Source: a virus. From it: a stretch of 64,000 bases of DNA. Under the pieces are notes generated by a model. That model was not told the DNA's origin. It saw only the letters and a program-made list of their open reading frames with translations, and did no database searches. The stretch covers positions 1 to 64,000 of IMG/VR virus record IMGVR_UViG_3300033145_000668. One strand, given 5' to 3'. Shown here piece after piece: positions 25,484 to 35,621 of this stretch. Numbering within the stretch: position 1 is the first letter of the stretch; each line of letters starts with the position of its first letter. The translations under genes were made by a program, and so were the position numbers.

Positions 25484-26487
25484 TTTATATAGGAGACCAA
25501 AATGCAGTAGTATTCAGATACGATTCAGGAACATATGCAACTCCATCAGGAGCAAGTGGAAACTGGTTAGGATTAGTTACAGACCACAGTCCGACAGATG
25601 AAGAAAATGTAGTATCGATTAGATACACAGGTACTAATAGCAGAAATGTAGGACAACAAATAAATACTGCAAAAGATTATGAAGGAACAATTTCGTACCA
25701 TCCTCAAGATATGAGAATGTTTGGATTTGCTTTCGGAAGTATTGTAGATTCAGGTTCACCATCACCATATCAACATACATTCAGCGAAGCTGATAGTAAT
25801 GATATTTATGCGTACACAAGTGGAACTGGAAGAAATCAAAACTTCGCTTCGTTCAATATTGTTGATAGCAAGAAAGGACCAAGCGACGGAGAACATCAAG
25901 CAAGATTATATAAAGGATGTGTAGTAAATAGTTTATCGATGACTGCATCGCAAGGAGAACCAGTAGTTTGTGAATTAAATTATATAGCTCAATCAAATGA
26001 CATTGGAAGTAAATCAACTGATATACCAAATATATTAGATGAAGATACTACAAGACCATATTTGTGGAGTGATATAAAATTACATAAACCATCAGGTACA
26101 GTTATTCAAGAAGTTACCGACTTAGGTTGGACACTTAATAACAATGCAGAGAGAAGACATTACGATAACGGAAGTAAAGTTGTTGATAGCATAGTTCCTT
26201 TAAATAGGGATTACGAAATGACAATAACTATGGATGCGAATTCAAGTGATGCAGATACTTTATACAATGATAATTGGCAAAGTGGAGTTACTTTCAATTC
26301 AATGATTGAAGGAGTTATATCAGCAGGAAGTGAACAATTCTTTTTAGTGATGAGTGGTTGTAAGATTACTTCATTCGAAAGTCCAAGTCCAGCAGAAGGT
26401 ATCAACGAGTATTCAATTACTGTTGTTCCAGAAAATTGTATTATGGTTACTGACGATTTAAAAGAGTTGCATAACCCTTGGGCTTAA
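25480..26487 (+). CDS. Major tail tube protein
   Basis: 335 aa, YKGC.VNSL motif; between terminator and chaperone. Confidence 0.78.
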   Translation: MIYIGDQNAVVFRYDSGTYATPSGASGNWLGLVTDHSPTDEENVVSIRYTGTNSRNVGQQINTAKDYEGTISYHPQDMRMFGFAFGSIVDSGSPSPYQHTFSEADSNDIYAYTSGTGRNQNFASFNIVDSKKGPSDGEHQARLYKGCVVNSLSMTASQGEPVVCELNYIAQSNDIGSKSTDIPNILDEDTTRPYLWSDIKLHKPSGTVIQEVTDLGWTLNNNAERRHYDNGSKVVDSIVPLNRDYEMTITMDANSSDADTLYNDNWQSGVTFNSMIEGVISAGSEQFFLVMSGCKITSFESPSPAEGINEYSITVVPENCIMVTDDLKELHNPWA

Positions 26488-26570
26488 TTATTTTAATATA
26501 ATTATGAAAAGGAATGTTAGTCATAGAGTTAACTAAAAATGTTTTACACAATACAAGGAGGTAATAAAAA

Positions 26571-26963
26571 ATGACATACCTAAAAAAAGAAGATATATTC
26601 TTCGAACGAGACGGTGAAGGAAATGTTTTACCGGTAGAGATAACTTTAGAAACTCTAGAAGGTAAACCAATGATAAAAGCAACACCTTTGTCAAAAGGTG
26701 AATTAGCAGAAGTTGTTTCAAGTTCAACGGGAAATGAAACAAATATCGATACAGATGTTGATATCATTATAAAACATTGTAAAGAACCGTCTTTTAGCGA
26801 AGAAGATAGAGAAAGTTTAAAGAAAGCAGCTAAATCAACTTTTACAAATGCAATCGCATTAGCTATTTTAAGTGTTAGCACTGGCATGGACCAGAATAAA
26901 ATACTTGAAGAAGGAAAGAAAAAAATAGTTGAAACAGAGTTGCGAAATTTTCCGAAGCAGTAG
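26571..26963 (+). CDS. Tail assembly chaperone (G)
   Basis: Between tube and TMP; SD GGAGGT; slippery heptamer near 3' end. Confidence 0.78.
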   Translation: MTYLKKEDIFFERDGEGNVLPVEITLETLEGKPMIKATPLSKGELAEVVSSSTGNETNIDTDVDIIIKHCKEPSFSEEDRESLKKAAKSTFTNAIALAILSVSTGMDQNKILEEGKKKIVETELRNFPKQ

Positions 26964-27142
26964 AAAGCGGTAAGCGAGATAGTTTATACTATTTCTTACA
27001 CGAGCGAGGATATTCGTTTTTTACTGTTCCTAAATTAACATTGCCAGAAATTAACTTACTAGTTAGAGAATTCAATAAGCAAGAAAAGAAAAAACAAAAT
27101 GCAAATAAAAGAGCACAAGCTAAATCACGGAGAAAAAGATAA
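26945..27142 (+). CDS. -1 frameshift extension of tail assembly chaperone (GT)
   Basis: A AAT TTT at 26945-26951; -1 frame open with no ATG to TAA 27140-27142. Confidence 0.75.
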   Translation, partial: KFSEAVESGKRDSLYYFLHERGYSFFTVPKLTLPEINLLVREFNKQEKKKQNANKRAQAKSRRKR

Positions 27143-29022
27143 TGGTACTATTTGATAATAGAGTAGCAATATCGATAGATGCAGTAGATAATTTTTCTAG
27201 AGTTTTTAGACGAGCTGGAAAAACTATGTCTGCATTTTCGAGAAATGCTATTGCGATGGGAGCAGTTGGTGGAGGTATTGCTTTAGGATTTAAAAAAGCT
27301 ATTACTGCATCGATGGATTTTGAAACTGCCTTTACTGGAGTGAGAAAAACAGTTGATTTAACCGAAGCTGGGTTTGCTGACTTAGAACAAAGATTTAAAA
27401 ATATTACTAAAACCACACCTGTAACATTTGTTGAGCTATCTCGAATCGGTGAAATAGCTGGACAGTTAGGAGTTGAAGGTGTTAATAACTTAGAAAAATT
27501 CACTAAAACTATTGCTGATATTTCAGTTACAACTAATTTAACTGCCGAATCGGCAGCAACGTCATTTGCTAGATTATCAAACATCATGGGCGAACCGTTA
27601 GATAATATCGACAGAATGGGTTCAGCTGTTGTAGGATTAGGAAATAATTTTGCTACAACTGAGCAAGAAATTGTAGATATGTCGTTGCGACTTGCTGGAG
27701 CCGGTAAAACAGTAGGTCTAAGTACTCCTGAAATCTTAGGTATGAGTGCTGCATTAAGTGCATTAGGTATTCGTTCTGAACTAGGTGGTAGTGCAGTTTC
27801 TAGAACAATGATTAAAATAGCAAAAGCAGTATCAAACGGCGGCATGACAATTAATGAATTAGCTAAAAAAACAGGGATGACTGGAGATGAATTAAATGCT
27901 GAATTTAATTCAATGCAAAGTGACGTTCGTAATTTTGCTGAAGTTTCCGGAATGTCAGTAGAAGATTTTTCAAAAGCGTGGAAAGAAAAACCAGTAGATG
28001 CAATGGGAGCTGTTATTATGGGATTAAAAGACGTTTCAGAATCAGGCGGTAACACGTTTGGAATATTAGAAGACTTAGATTTAAAATCAATTAGAATAAC
28101 AGACACGATGTTAAGATTAGCTAATTCAGAAGATGGATTATCCAGTGCAGTAGATTTATCAAATAAAGCGTGGGAAGAAAATGTTGCTTTAACTGAAGAA
28201 GCAGATAAAAGATACGATACCTTTCAATCACAAGTTGATATTGTAAAAAATAAATTTGCTTTATTGGGAGACGAAATCGGTGATAGATTAATTCCAATAT
28301 TGAAAGATTATTTAATTCCCGCAATAGATAAACTAATAAGCTTTTGGAATAACTTATCTCCAACAACACAAAACATAATTATAATGTTTGCTGGAGTAAC
28401 GTCTGCTGTAATGTTATTAGCGGCGGCAATTGGTATTTTAGTATTAGTGTCTTCACCTTTGTTGTTAGTATTATTAGGAATAGCTGTAATAATCACAGCA
28501 TTAATATTATTATGGAAACATTGGGATGCTGTAATTTTAGCTGGTACTAAGAAAATGTTATGGGCTGCAGGAGTAATGGATAAAACTTGGGAACTAGTTA
28601 AAGATGGATTTGAAATTGCGTGGACTGGTATAAAAAATATTTTCTTTACTGTTTGGAATGCAATTATTTCCGGTTATGAGTGGGGTATCAACCTTATAAT
28701 AAAAGGAATTAATAAACTAATATCAGGTTATAATAACCTTCCGTTTACGCGAGACATTAGTTTCGTTGCAAAAATGGATTTTAGCGGTGCAAAAAAAGAA
28801 ATTACAGACATAGGTGATTTGATGGCTAATCAAAAACAAGCAAGAGCATTCAGGGCAGAACAATTTGCAATAGTTGCTGATAAATTATACGAAGGCATTG
28901 CAGAAAAGCAAAGATTAGCTGCAGAAGAAAAAAATATAACAGTAATAAACATAGAAAATCTTCAAGCAACAGACGCAGAAAGCGTTGCAGAAACATTAGA
29001 GGATGTTATAAATTTAAAATAA
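27142..29022 (+). CDS. Tape measure protein (TP901-like core)
   Basis: DFETAFTGVRKT, LGNNFATTE.EI, hydrophobic segment, W-periodic repeats. Confidence 0.92.
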   Translation: MVLFDNRVAISIDAVDNFSRVFRRAGKTMSAFSRNAIAMGAVGGGIALGFKKAITASMDFETAFTGVRKTVDLTEAGFADLEQRFKNITKTTPVTFVELSRIGEIAGQLGVEGVNNLEKFTKTIADISVTTNLTAESAATSFARLSNIMGEPLDNIDRMGSAVVGLGNNFATTEQEIVDMSLRLAGAGKTVGLSTPEILGMSAALSALGIRSELGGSAVSRTMIKIAKAVSNGGMTINELAKKTGMTGDELNAEFNSMQSDVRNFAEVSGMSVEDFSKAWKEKPVDAMGAVIMGLKDVSESGGNTFGILEDLDLKSIRITDTMLRLANSEDGLSSAVDLSNKAWEENVALTEEADKRYDTFQSQVDIVKNKFALLGDEIGDRLIPILKDYLIPAIDKLISFWNNLSPTTQNIIIMFAGVTSAVMLLAAAIGILVLVSSPLLLVLLGIAVIITALILLWKHWDAVILAGTKKMLWAAGVMDKTWELVKDGFEIAWTGIKNIFFTVWNAIISGYEWGINLIIKGINKLISGYNNLPFTRDISFVAKMDFSGAKKEITDIGDLMANQKQARAFRAEQFAIVADKLYEGIAEKQRLAAEEKNITVINIENLQATDAESVAETLEDVINLK

Positions 29023-29028
29023 ATTAAA

Positions 29029-31863
29029 ATGGAAAACATTAATGTTTTATATCAAGTGAATGGTTCTAATATTTCTGATATTTATAACTCTGATGTAGTT
29101 ATTACAACTGGCGATGATAATTTGTCTGCTAATTTTACCGCTAAGGTTAATAATACATTCGGAAAAAATAGTGATAAATTTACTATTGGAGATGAAATAA
29201 AAATAATAGCCGATATTGGAAGTACATGGCCACCAGAAAATACAATATTTAACGGAATAATTGAAAATATAACATATCCGAGTAAAGGATTAACAGAATA
29301 TATTAGATTATCTGGAAGAGATTATACTGCTCGTATGATGGATAGAACCGTCGAACCAGAAGTTTATACTAATTTACAAGCTGGTAGTATTGTAAAAGAT
29401 ATTATTGCAAAATATACTGATGATATTACTACAACAAATACAGATGATTCTACCACAACTATTTCAAGAATAGCATTTAATCAAACTAATGTTTATGATG
29501 CAGTAAAACAATTATCTGAATTAGCTAATTACACCTTTTACGTTGATACCGATAAAGATTTACATTTTTCATCTCGTTCTGCTATGAGTAGCGGATATAC
29601 TTTTAATAGCGGTAATGTGTTAAGCGCTAATTTTAAAGAGCGGCGAAATACAGTATTTAATGAAGTTTGGATTTATGGAGATAGATACCTAGATGGTTTT
29701 AAAGAAGAGTTTACAGCCGGAAGTCCATTAGGTGGAAGCGTATTTACTTTATTATATAAACCATCAAACACAATTGTTAATGTTGGTAGTCCAATAACTC
29801 TAGCTACATCTCAAGTTGGAGCAATTGCAAATATTACTTCAACGCAAACTAGTGGAGCTAATTATACCGTAAATTATTTTGACAAAGAAATTACTTTTAT
29901 TAGTGGAACTGATATTGGATATAATTCTATTCCGTCTAGTGGAGCATTGGTCACTGTAGATTACCAAAGAGAATTACCTATTGTTAAAGTTGGAAGAAAT
30001 GCGGATAGTGTAGCTAAATATGGAAAACGAATTAAAAAAGTAATTGATAAAAGTATTAAAGACCCGGACACAGCGCAAGAAAGATTAGTTAGAGAATTAG
30101 ATGAAAATTCAACTCCGAAAAAAGAAGGAACAATTAAAACTAGAAGTATTATCGATATTACTCCGTCACAAACAGCAATTGTGAATTTACCTAATCAAAA
30201 CGTGAACTCCAAAACATATGATATTTTAGAAGCTCAATATAATTTTGAAAAAAAGAAAAATATAACGGAAAATGTTTTAACTATAAAATTAAATAAAAAA
30301 CTAGATGATATCACGGACACTATTAAAAATTTAAGAAGAGATGTTGATTCTATTCAATCTGCTGATATTTCAGATAGTGATAGTTTAACAAGATTTGAAA
30401 CGTCTACTGGGAGTGCAGGAATTAGACATAGTGGAGTTGAAGTTTATAGTAGAGCAATAAATGATAGTTTTATTGCTGGACATCCTATTAATGGTGTTGT
30501 TGGTTTGGTTAATCCGAGTACTGTTGGGAGTATAATCAGCGGTAATTCGTGGGTAAGTGGTAATATAGGTACTGGTTATGATAAAGCAATAAATTTTAAT
30601 GGTTCTCAAATAAATAATATTTATATTGGTACAAATAATCCAATGACATTAGGAAGTAATTCTACATTTGCTGGATGGTTTAGGTTAGATAAAGAAATGG
30701 GAATCGGAGCACATAACTATCGACCAGGTATTGCAGCGAGTGGTGTTAATGTTTTTGATGATTTCATTACATTTGATGAAAACAATGGAAATGGATATTT
30801 AATACAATATGAAGATGAAAATGGTGGTGGTAGGAAGTCTGGTTCTTTTGCATATACTATAGGTAGTTGGATTCATTTAGCAATAACTATGGATAGTAAT
30901 ATAGCTCCTAATTTTTACGTTGATGGTAATTTAAACAATGGATTTGTAAATGCATCAGCTAAAGTGAATTTAAACACAATAGGAACAGGATATGGAGGAG
31001 CGACATTAGATGGTGCATTTGATGGAGATATTGATGAAATAAGATTTTATGATAAAGAATTATCGGCTAGTGAAATTGGAAGCTTATATGCTAAAAAAAA
31101 TTATCCACTTGATAGATTAACACATTATTACAAATTCGATGAAGGAGTAGGTTCATTTGCATACAACTCGGCAAGTGTTGAAATGCCAACTAGTGATTCA
31201 ATTGCTTATTGGAGATTTAATAAAAGTGGAACTATATTTAACGACGAAACTGGAAACTTTCCAGCAACTACTTTTAGTGGAGTAGAACTTCAAGCTGGTG
31301 TATATGGAAATGGAAGTGCTTTAGCATTTGGAAGTCCTGCATATTGCACATATCCTTCATTAGGATTTGGTCCTGGAAGTCCATTAAGTTTAACTGGCTG
31401 GTTACAATTAGGTTCTGATGGATTTAATGCATATAATTCTCAACCTGTTATACTTTCTAATTATTTAATATTAACAGTAAGAAATGATACAAATCAAATA
31501 AACTTTAGATATGATAATGCAGGAGCAAGAATCGTGGCATATCAATTAGGAACTGGAGATAGAGATTGGCATCATTTTGCTGGAATATTTGATGGTGGTA
31601 GTAGTACCTCGCTTTATGTAGATGGAATATTAAGAGATAGTGATGTTCATACAGCTGTACCAGCAGTAGATTATAATAACTATATTGGAAGATTTGGTGC
31701 TGAATTTTTTAGTGGATTAACCGATGGATTGAGAATTTACGATAGAGCTATATCATCATCAGAAGTAGGAAGCCTCTACGAAGGAAAAACAATCCAACCA
31801 CTTCTCGGAGATAGAAGAACAGGTTCAATATTAGAATATTCCGGAGGTTATCCAAATGTTTAA
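29029..31863 (+). CDS. Tail tip/hub protein with two LamG (concanavalin-like) domains
   Basis: L.GRDY, FYVD.DKDLHF hub motifs; WIHLAIT..FYVDG..IDEIRFY and WHHFAG..LYVDG..D.LRIYDRA. Confidence 0.8.
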   Translation: MENINVLYQVNGSNISDIYNSDVVITTGDDNLSANFTAKVNNTFGKNSDKFTIGDEIKIIADIGSTWPPENTIFNGIIENITYPSKGLTEYIRLSGRDYTARMMDRTVEPEVYTNLQAGSIVKDIIAKYTDDITTTNTDDSTTTISRIAFNQTNVYDAVKQLSELANYTFYVDTDKDLHFSSRSAMSSGYTFNSGNVLSANFKERRNTVFNEVWIYGDRYLDGFKEEFTAGSPLGGSVFTLLYKPSNTIVNVGSPITLATSQVGAIANITSTQTSGANYTVNYFDKEITFISGTDIGYNSIPSSGALVTVDYQRELPIVKVGRNADSVAKYGKRIKKVIDKSIKDPDTAQERLVRELDENSTPKKEGTIKTRSIIDITPSQTAIVNLPNQNVNSKTYDILEAQYNFEKKKNITENVLTIKLNKKLDDITDTIKNLRRDVDSIQSADISDSDSLTRFETSTGSAGIRHSGVEVYSRAINDSFIAGHPINGVVGLVNPSTVGSIISGNSWVSGNIGTGYDKAINFNGSQINNIYIGTNNPMTLGSNSTFAGWFRLDKEMGIGAHNYRPGIAASGVNVFDDFITFDENNGNGYLIQYEDENGGGRKSGSFAYTIGSWIHLAITMDSNIAPNFYVDGNLNNGFVNASAKVNLNTIGTGYGGATLDGAFDGDIDEIRFYDKELSASEIGSLYAKKNYPLDRLTHYYKFDEGVGSFAYNSASVEMPTSDSIAYWRFNKSGTIFNDETGNFPATTFSGVELQAGVYGNGSALAFGSPAYCTYPSLGFGPGSPLSLTGWLQLGSDGFNAYNSQPVILSNYLILTVRNDTNQINFRYDNAGARIVAYQLGTGDRDWHHFAGIFDGGSSTSLYVDGILRDSDVHTAVPAVDYNNYIGRFGAEFFSGLTDGLRIYDRAISSSEVGSLYEGKTIQPLLGDRRTGSILEYSGGYPNV

Positions 31864-31941
31864 TCGTAGTGAATGGACTAAATTGCAACATAAAAATAAT
31901 CCTAATTTTGGAATGAAATTTATAAATAAAAGGGGGTCAAA

Positions 31942-32301
31942 ATGATAAACAATTATGCAAAAAATAGAGCAATTTTATTAATGGGAGGAAGTATTGCTGA
32001 AAATATTGATTATTTTATGATAGGTACTGGAAGTGCTACTGCAGTAGCCACACAAGATGCTCTAATAACACCAGTAGATAGACAATTAGTAACAGCAACT
32101 ACATATCCATCTCTTCAAAAAATAAAATTACAAGGTGATTGGAATAGTGTTGAAATGTCTGGAATTCAATTAACTGAATTTGGTGTTGCAACAAGTGGAA
32201 CGGGAACAACTGGTAGTATTTGGTCTAGAACTAATATTCCATCTTTAACATTCGATGGAACTAATGAACTTAGATGCGAAGAGACGATATCTATATTTTA
32301 A
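31942..32301 (+). CDS. Tail-collar/fibre-attachment-like structural protein
   Basis: YFMIGTG, LTEFGV; paralog of 18853-19317. Confidence 0.65.
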   Translation: MINNYAKNRAILLMGGSIAENIDYFMIGTGSATAVATQDALITPVDRQLVTATTYPSLQKIKLQGDWNSVEMSGIQLTEFGVATSGTGTTGSIWSRTNIPSLTFDGTNELRCEETISIF

Positions 32302-32391
32302 TAAATAAAAATAAAAAAGATAATTCTATAAATAATTTGATAAGTCTATGTATATCTTGCCATATGAGATTACATAGATTAACGGATAAAA

Positions 32392-32421
32392 CTATATAGA
32401 TTTAAAATTAAACTTTATAAA
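32392..32421 (+). promoter_or_regulatory. Bipartite promoter CTATATAG-N14-TTTATAAA
   Basis: Exact 14-nt spacing; 22 nt before ATG 32444. Confidence 0.7.
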
Positions 32422-32443
32422 TGATAGATAATTTAATTTAAAA

Positions 32444-33475
32444 ATGGTAAACGAAGGAGATTTAAATAAAATAAACGGTAATATTTGGTATGCCGGAGAT
32501 GTAACTGCAGTAGTTAATGCTTTTGGTTTTATGTTAAAAGATTACTCACAAGTAATTTTTAATGCAGCTTATGAAACTTGGGACTCCAGACTAAATGGAG
32601 GAACACCAGATTTTATTAATGTAGATTATGATATTTTTATTGCTGATACAGCAGATACTAAAACTAATATTTCTTATAATTCAACTAAGGATTATTATTA
32701 TACAAATTATCCCGACGCAAGTTTTACAACTTTAGATGAATTTAATGATTCCAGTGTTGATACAGGAATATGGGATGTTGCTGTTACTGGAACCGGTAGT
32801 ATTGTAGAAGGTGTAGCAAATTTAACCATAAGAGTTTCTGGAGGAGCAGGAACAGCAACTTTAACAACCGACGATGATATTTTTGGAAATTATGCGAATA
32901 ATATTAGAATACAACTTGCAAACACAGTTGACGGTCCAGCTACAGGAAGTCAAAATATTGAATTATATGATGGTACTGATACTGTTATTTTATTATCTAA
33001 ATCTCAATTTACTGATAATGATTTAATTGATATATCTAAAATTGATGCAAATAATGTTAAAATTAGAATAAATGGTGGTGCTTGGACTAATAAAGATATT
33101 AGTTCGTTATCAGGAACAATTAAATTAAGATTTAATTTATCTGATTCTAGTACTTTTGATTGGAATATTAATTGGATAAGATATTCTTCTGATACAATCA
33201 CATCAACTTTAATTACAAATGTTGCTACAACTGCAAGTGCAACAATAACAAATGCCATGTTGTGTATTAATAGCGAAGATAATACAGATGCTGGAATAAC
33301 TTACTATCTTTCTGCTGATAATGGTGCAAATTATGAAGAAGTTACGCCAAATAAAATTCATACATTTACTGATACAGGAACTGAATTAAAATTAAAAGTG
33401 GAAGAAACTGGAATTGAAATTTATGCAAAAGATTTTACGGTTTATGAATATCTAGTTAAATATAATTTATATTAA
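32444..33475 (+). CDS. putative virion/receptor-binding protein
   Basis: DEFNDSS.D...W lectin-like start; YLSADNG.NYE..T...H.F...G..LKLK. Confidence 0.6.
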   Translation: MVNEGDLNKINGNIWYAGDVTAVVNAFGFMLKDYSQVIFNAAYETWDSRLNGGTPDFINVDYDIFIADTADTKTNISYNSTKDYYYTNYPDASFTTLDEFNDSSVDTGIWDVAVTGTGSIVEGVANLTIRVSGGAGTATLTTDDDIFGNYANNIRIQLANTVDGPATGSQNIELYDGTDTVILLSKSQFTDNDLIDISKIDANNVKIRINGGAWTNKDISSLSGTIKLRFNLSDSSTFDWNINWIRYSSDTITSTLITNVATTASATITNAMLCINSEDNTDAGITYYLSADNGANYEEVTPNKIHTFTDTGTELKLKVEETGIEIYAKDFTVYEYLVKYNLY

Positions 33476-33742
33476 ATGACATACAAAAAAGAAGAAAACT
33501 ACTGCACACTAAGTCCAGATGAATTATTCGGAGTAAGATTTAACCACGGATGTTATTTACACGATAGACAATATCGAAATGAAGTTAAAAAAAGAAAAAC
33601 AAGAGCGCAAGCAGATAAAGATTTAAGAGATAATATTTACAAAACATATTCTAAGAAAAATAAAAAAGTAACTGGATATATAGTAAGTAGAATTTACTAT
33701 TATGCGGTAAAGGTATTTGCTGGTAGTGCTTGGGTTAAATGA
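33476..33742 (+). CDS. Phospholipase A2-like (DUF1353-type) protein
   Basis: C...PD, C.LHD..Y, R..AD..L, YY.AV..F motifs. Confidence 0.65.
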   Translation: MTYKKEENYCTLSPDELFGVRFNHGCYLHDRQYRNEVKKRKTRAQADKDLRDNIYKTYSKKNKKVTGYIVSRIYYYAVKVFAGSAWVK

Positions 33743-33778
33743 TGATGACATACAAATTAAATTTAAATATAATTATCA

Positions 33779-34033
33779 ATGGTTAAACAAAATTGTGATT
33801 TATCTAAAGAAAATCGTATTATAATAAATACTGTAAAAGAAAATATCAATAGTATAAAAACTTCAGTCGAAAAAATTGAAAAATCTAATGGTGAAATGTT
33901 TAATCATTTTACGGAAAGATACGAGTCTATGTTTGAGAGGTTACGAAGCAGAGTTCCTGTTTGGGTAACAATAATAACAACTACTATGAGTTCTGCTTTA
34001 GCTGGATTAATAGTATTATTAATTACTCTTTAA
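33779..34033 (+). CDS. C-terminally anchored membrane protein, holin-like candidate
   Basis: Coiled coil plus single C-terminal TM helix. Confidence 0.5.
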   Translation: MVKQNCDLSKENRIIINTVKENINSIKTSVEKIEKSNGEMFNHFTERYESMFERLRSRVPVWVTIITTTMSSALAGLIVLLITL

Positions 34034-34259
34034 TAAACATGAATATACATATTACAATATAAATAATTTAGTGTAAATATGTTTAAAAGCAAACAAATTG
34101 GTATATATATGTTAAAACAAAGCGAATTAATATAAAAATACAAAAAAGTATTAAAAAGTACTACTATAAAACTTTTTAGTTCTCAAAACGTATTTAAAAA
34201 TAAATCTAATAGTCAAATATGACAATATATAATTACAAGGAGGAATATAAATAATTAAA

Positions 34260-34892
34260 ATGACACAAAAAAATAACACTGGATTGAAATTAGCAGCAGC
34301 AGTAACTGTAGGTTTATTAGTTGGTGGTTTTGCAACAGCAGGATATGTTAGTGACGATAGTAAAATTGACGACCTTAACATGAAAATTGCTGAATTAGAA
34401 AATATGCCAGCATCAGTAGCAGAGATTATTGAAGTTGAAGTAGATAACGGAAACTTAGATTTAGTTCTAAACAATTTATATGATAACGCGGAAGATAATG
34501 AATATTTAGAATTATTAACAGACGATTTAGATGATGATGAAGTTAGTAAAATTACAGATAGAATTGTATTCATTAATGAAATTAAATCATTAGCAGTTAA
34601 AGCAGTAAAAGCCGAATTATACGACGAAGTTGATATGATGGATGTAGTTGAAAATTCTAGTGGTACAATTACACCAATTCAATTAGATGAAGATGAATTA
34701 TCAAGATTAAGAATTAACGACGATGATGATGAATTATCAGTTACAGTTGATGATTGGTCAGATAAAGAAGCTACTGTTGAAGTAACTGGAACTTTTAGAC
34801 AAAAGGACGATAACTTCGATTTTACTGCAAACGCAGTATTTGAAAACGGAGAATTTGATGAACTTAACATCGTTAGTATTACTCAACAATAA
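34260..34892 (+). CDS. acidic membrane-anchored/secreted protein
   Basis: N-terminal hydrophobic helix; D/E-rich; AGGAGG SD. Confidence 0.7.
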   Translation: MTQKNNTGLKLAAAVTVGLLVGGFATAGYVSDDSKIDDLNMKIAELENMPASVAEIIEVEVDNGNLDLVLNNLYDNAEDNEYLELLTDDLDDDEVSKITDRIVFINEIKSLAVKAVKAELYDEVDMMDVVENSSGTITPIQLDEDELSRLRINDDDDELSVTVDDWSDKEATVEVTGTFRQKDDNFDFTANAVFENGEFDELNIVSITQQ

Positions 34893-34984
34893 ATAAACTA
34901 TTAATTTAGTTTATTATTTTTTTTAAATTTTTAAACTTTTTTCTAAATAGAAACATTTATAAACCATAATATTGTATCAGTATT

Positions 34985-35557
34985 ATGGTAAATAATTCAA
35001 ACGATTCAAAATTAGTAAGAAATTTCTTAATAGCCGGAGGTATCATATTCTTTTTTATAATGATTTCGATTATATCTAATATATCAGATGCATCAAATAT
35101 AGTTAAAAATGAATCGAATAAAATAAAAATAGAAACAGAAGAACATAAAATAAAAGAAGTTTCAAGCGATAAAATTTCAAATGATGAAATTGAATATGCT
35201 GAATTAATATTAAAATTTAATTCATATATAATAAGTATAGACCAAGCTGCGGCTGATGTTTCTACTGCTGCATCGACTGGTAAAATTACTGCATATCAAG
35301 CCGGAGATTTATTTATTAAAGCCGAAAATACTTATAACATCGCGTTGATTACTTTAGATGAATTCAACGTTCCGACTAAATACAAAATAGTTCACCAACA
35401 TTATAGACAAGCTATAATTTATAAAATTGAAGCTATGTATTTAATTGCTGATGGTTTTTATATGAACGACGTTGATAAAATAGATGCAGCTACAAATTAT
35501 ATTTATTTAGCTACAACAGAAATTGAAAAAGCTATATCTATTATAGAAAACTTTTAA
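34985..35557 (+). CDS. membrane-anchored helical protein
   Basis: N-terminal TM; own TATA ~28 nt upstream. Confidence 0.65.
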   Translation: MVNNSNDSKLVRNFLIAGGIIFFFIMISIISNISDASNIVKNESNKIKIETEEHKIKEVSSDKISNDEIEYAELILKFNSYIISIDQAAADVSTAASTGKITAYQAGDLFIKAENTYNIALITLDEFNVPTKYKIVHQHYRQAIIYKIEAMYLIADGFYMNDVDKIDAATNYIYLATTEIEKAISIIENF

Positions 35558-35621
35558 ACTTCTTATGTACTCTATAGAACGATAAAATATATAAACATGC
35601 GTTGTTTTATATGTATATAAA

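Noticed and set aside
27120-28106. 328-aa minus-strand ORF
   Set aside because: Antisense shadow of the tape measure gene; other short nested ORFs rejected for the same reason.
32343-32380. Long hairpin before the 32392 promoter
   Set aside because: Could be a terminator or processing site, but it has no T tract and no second copy; not assigned.
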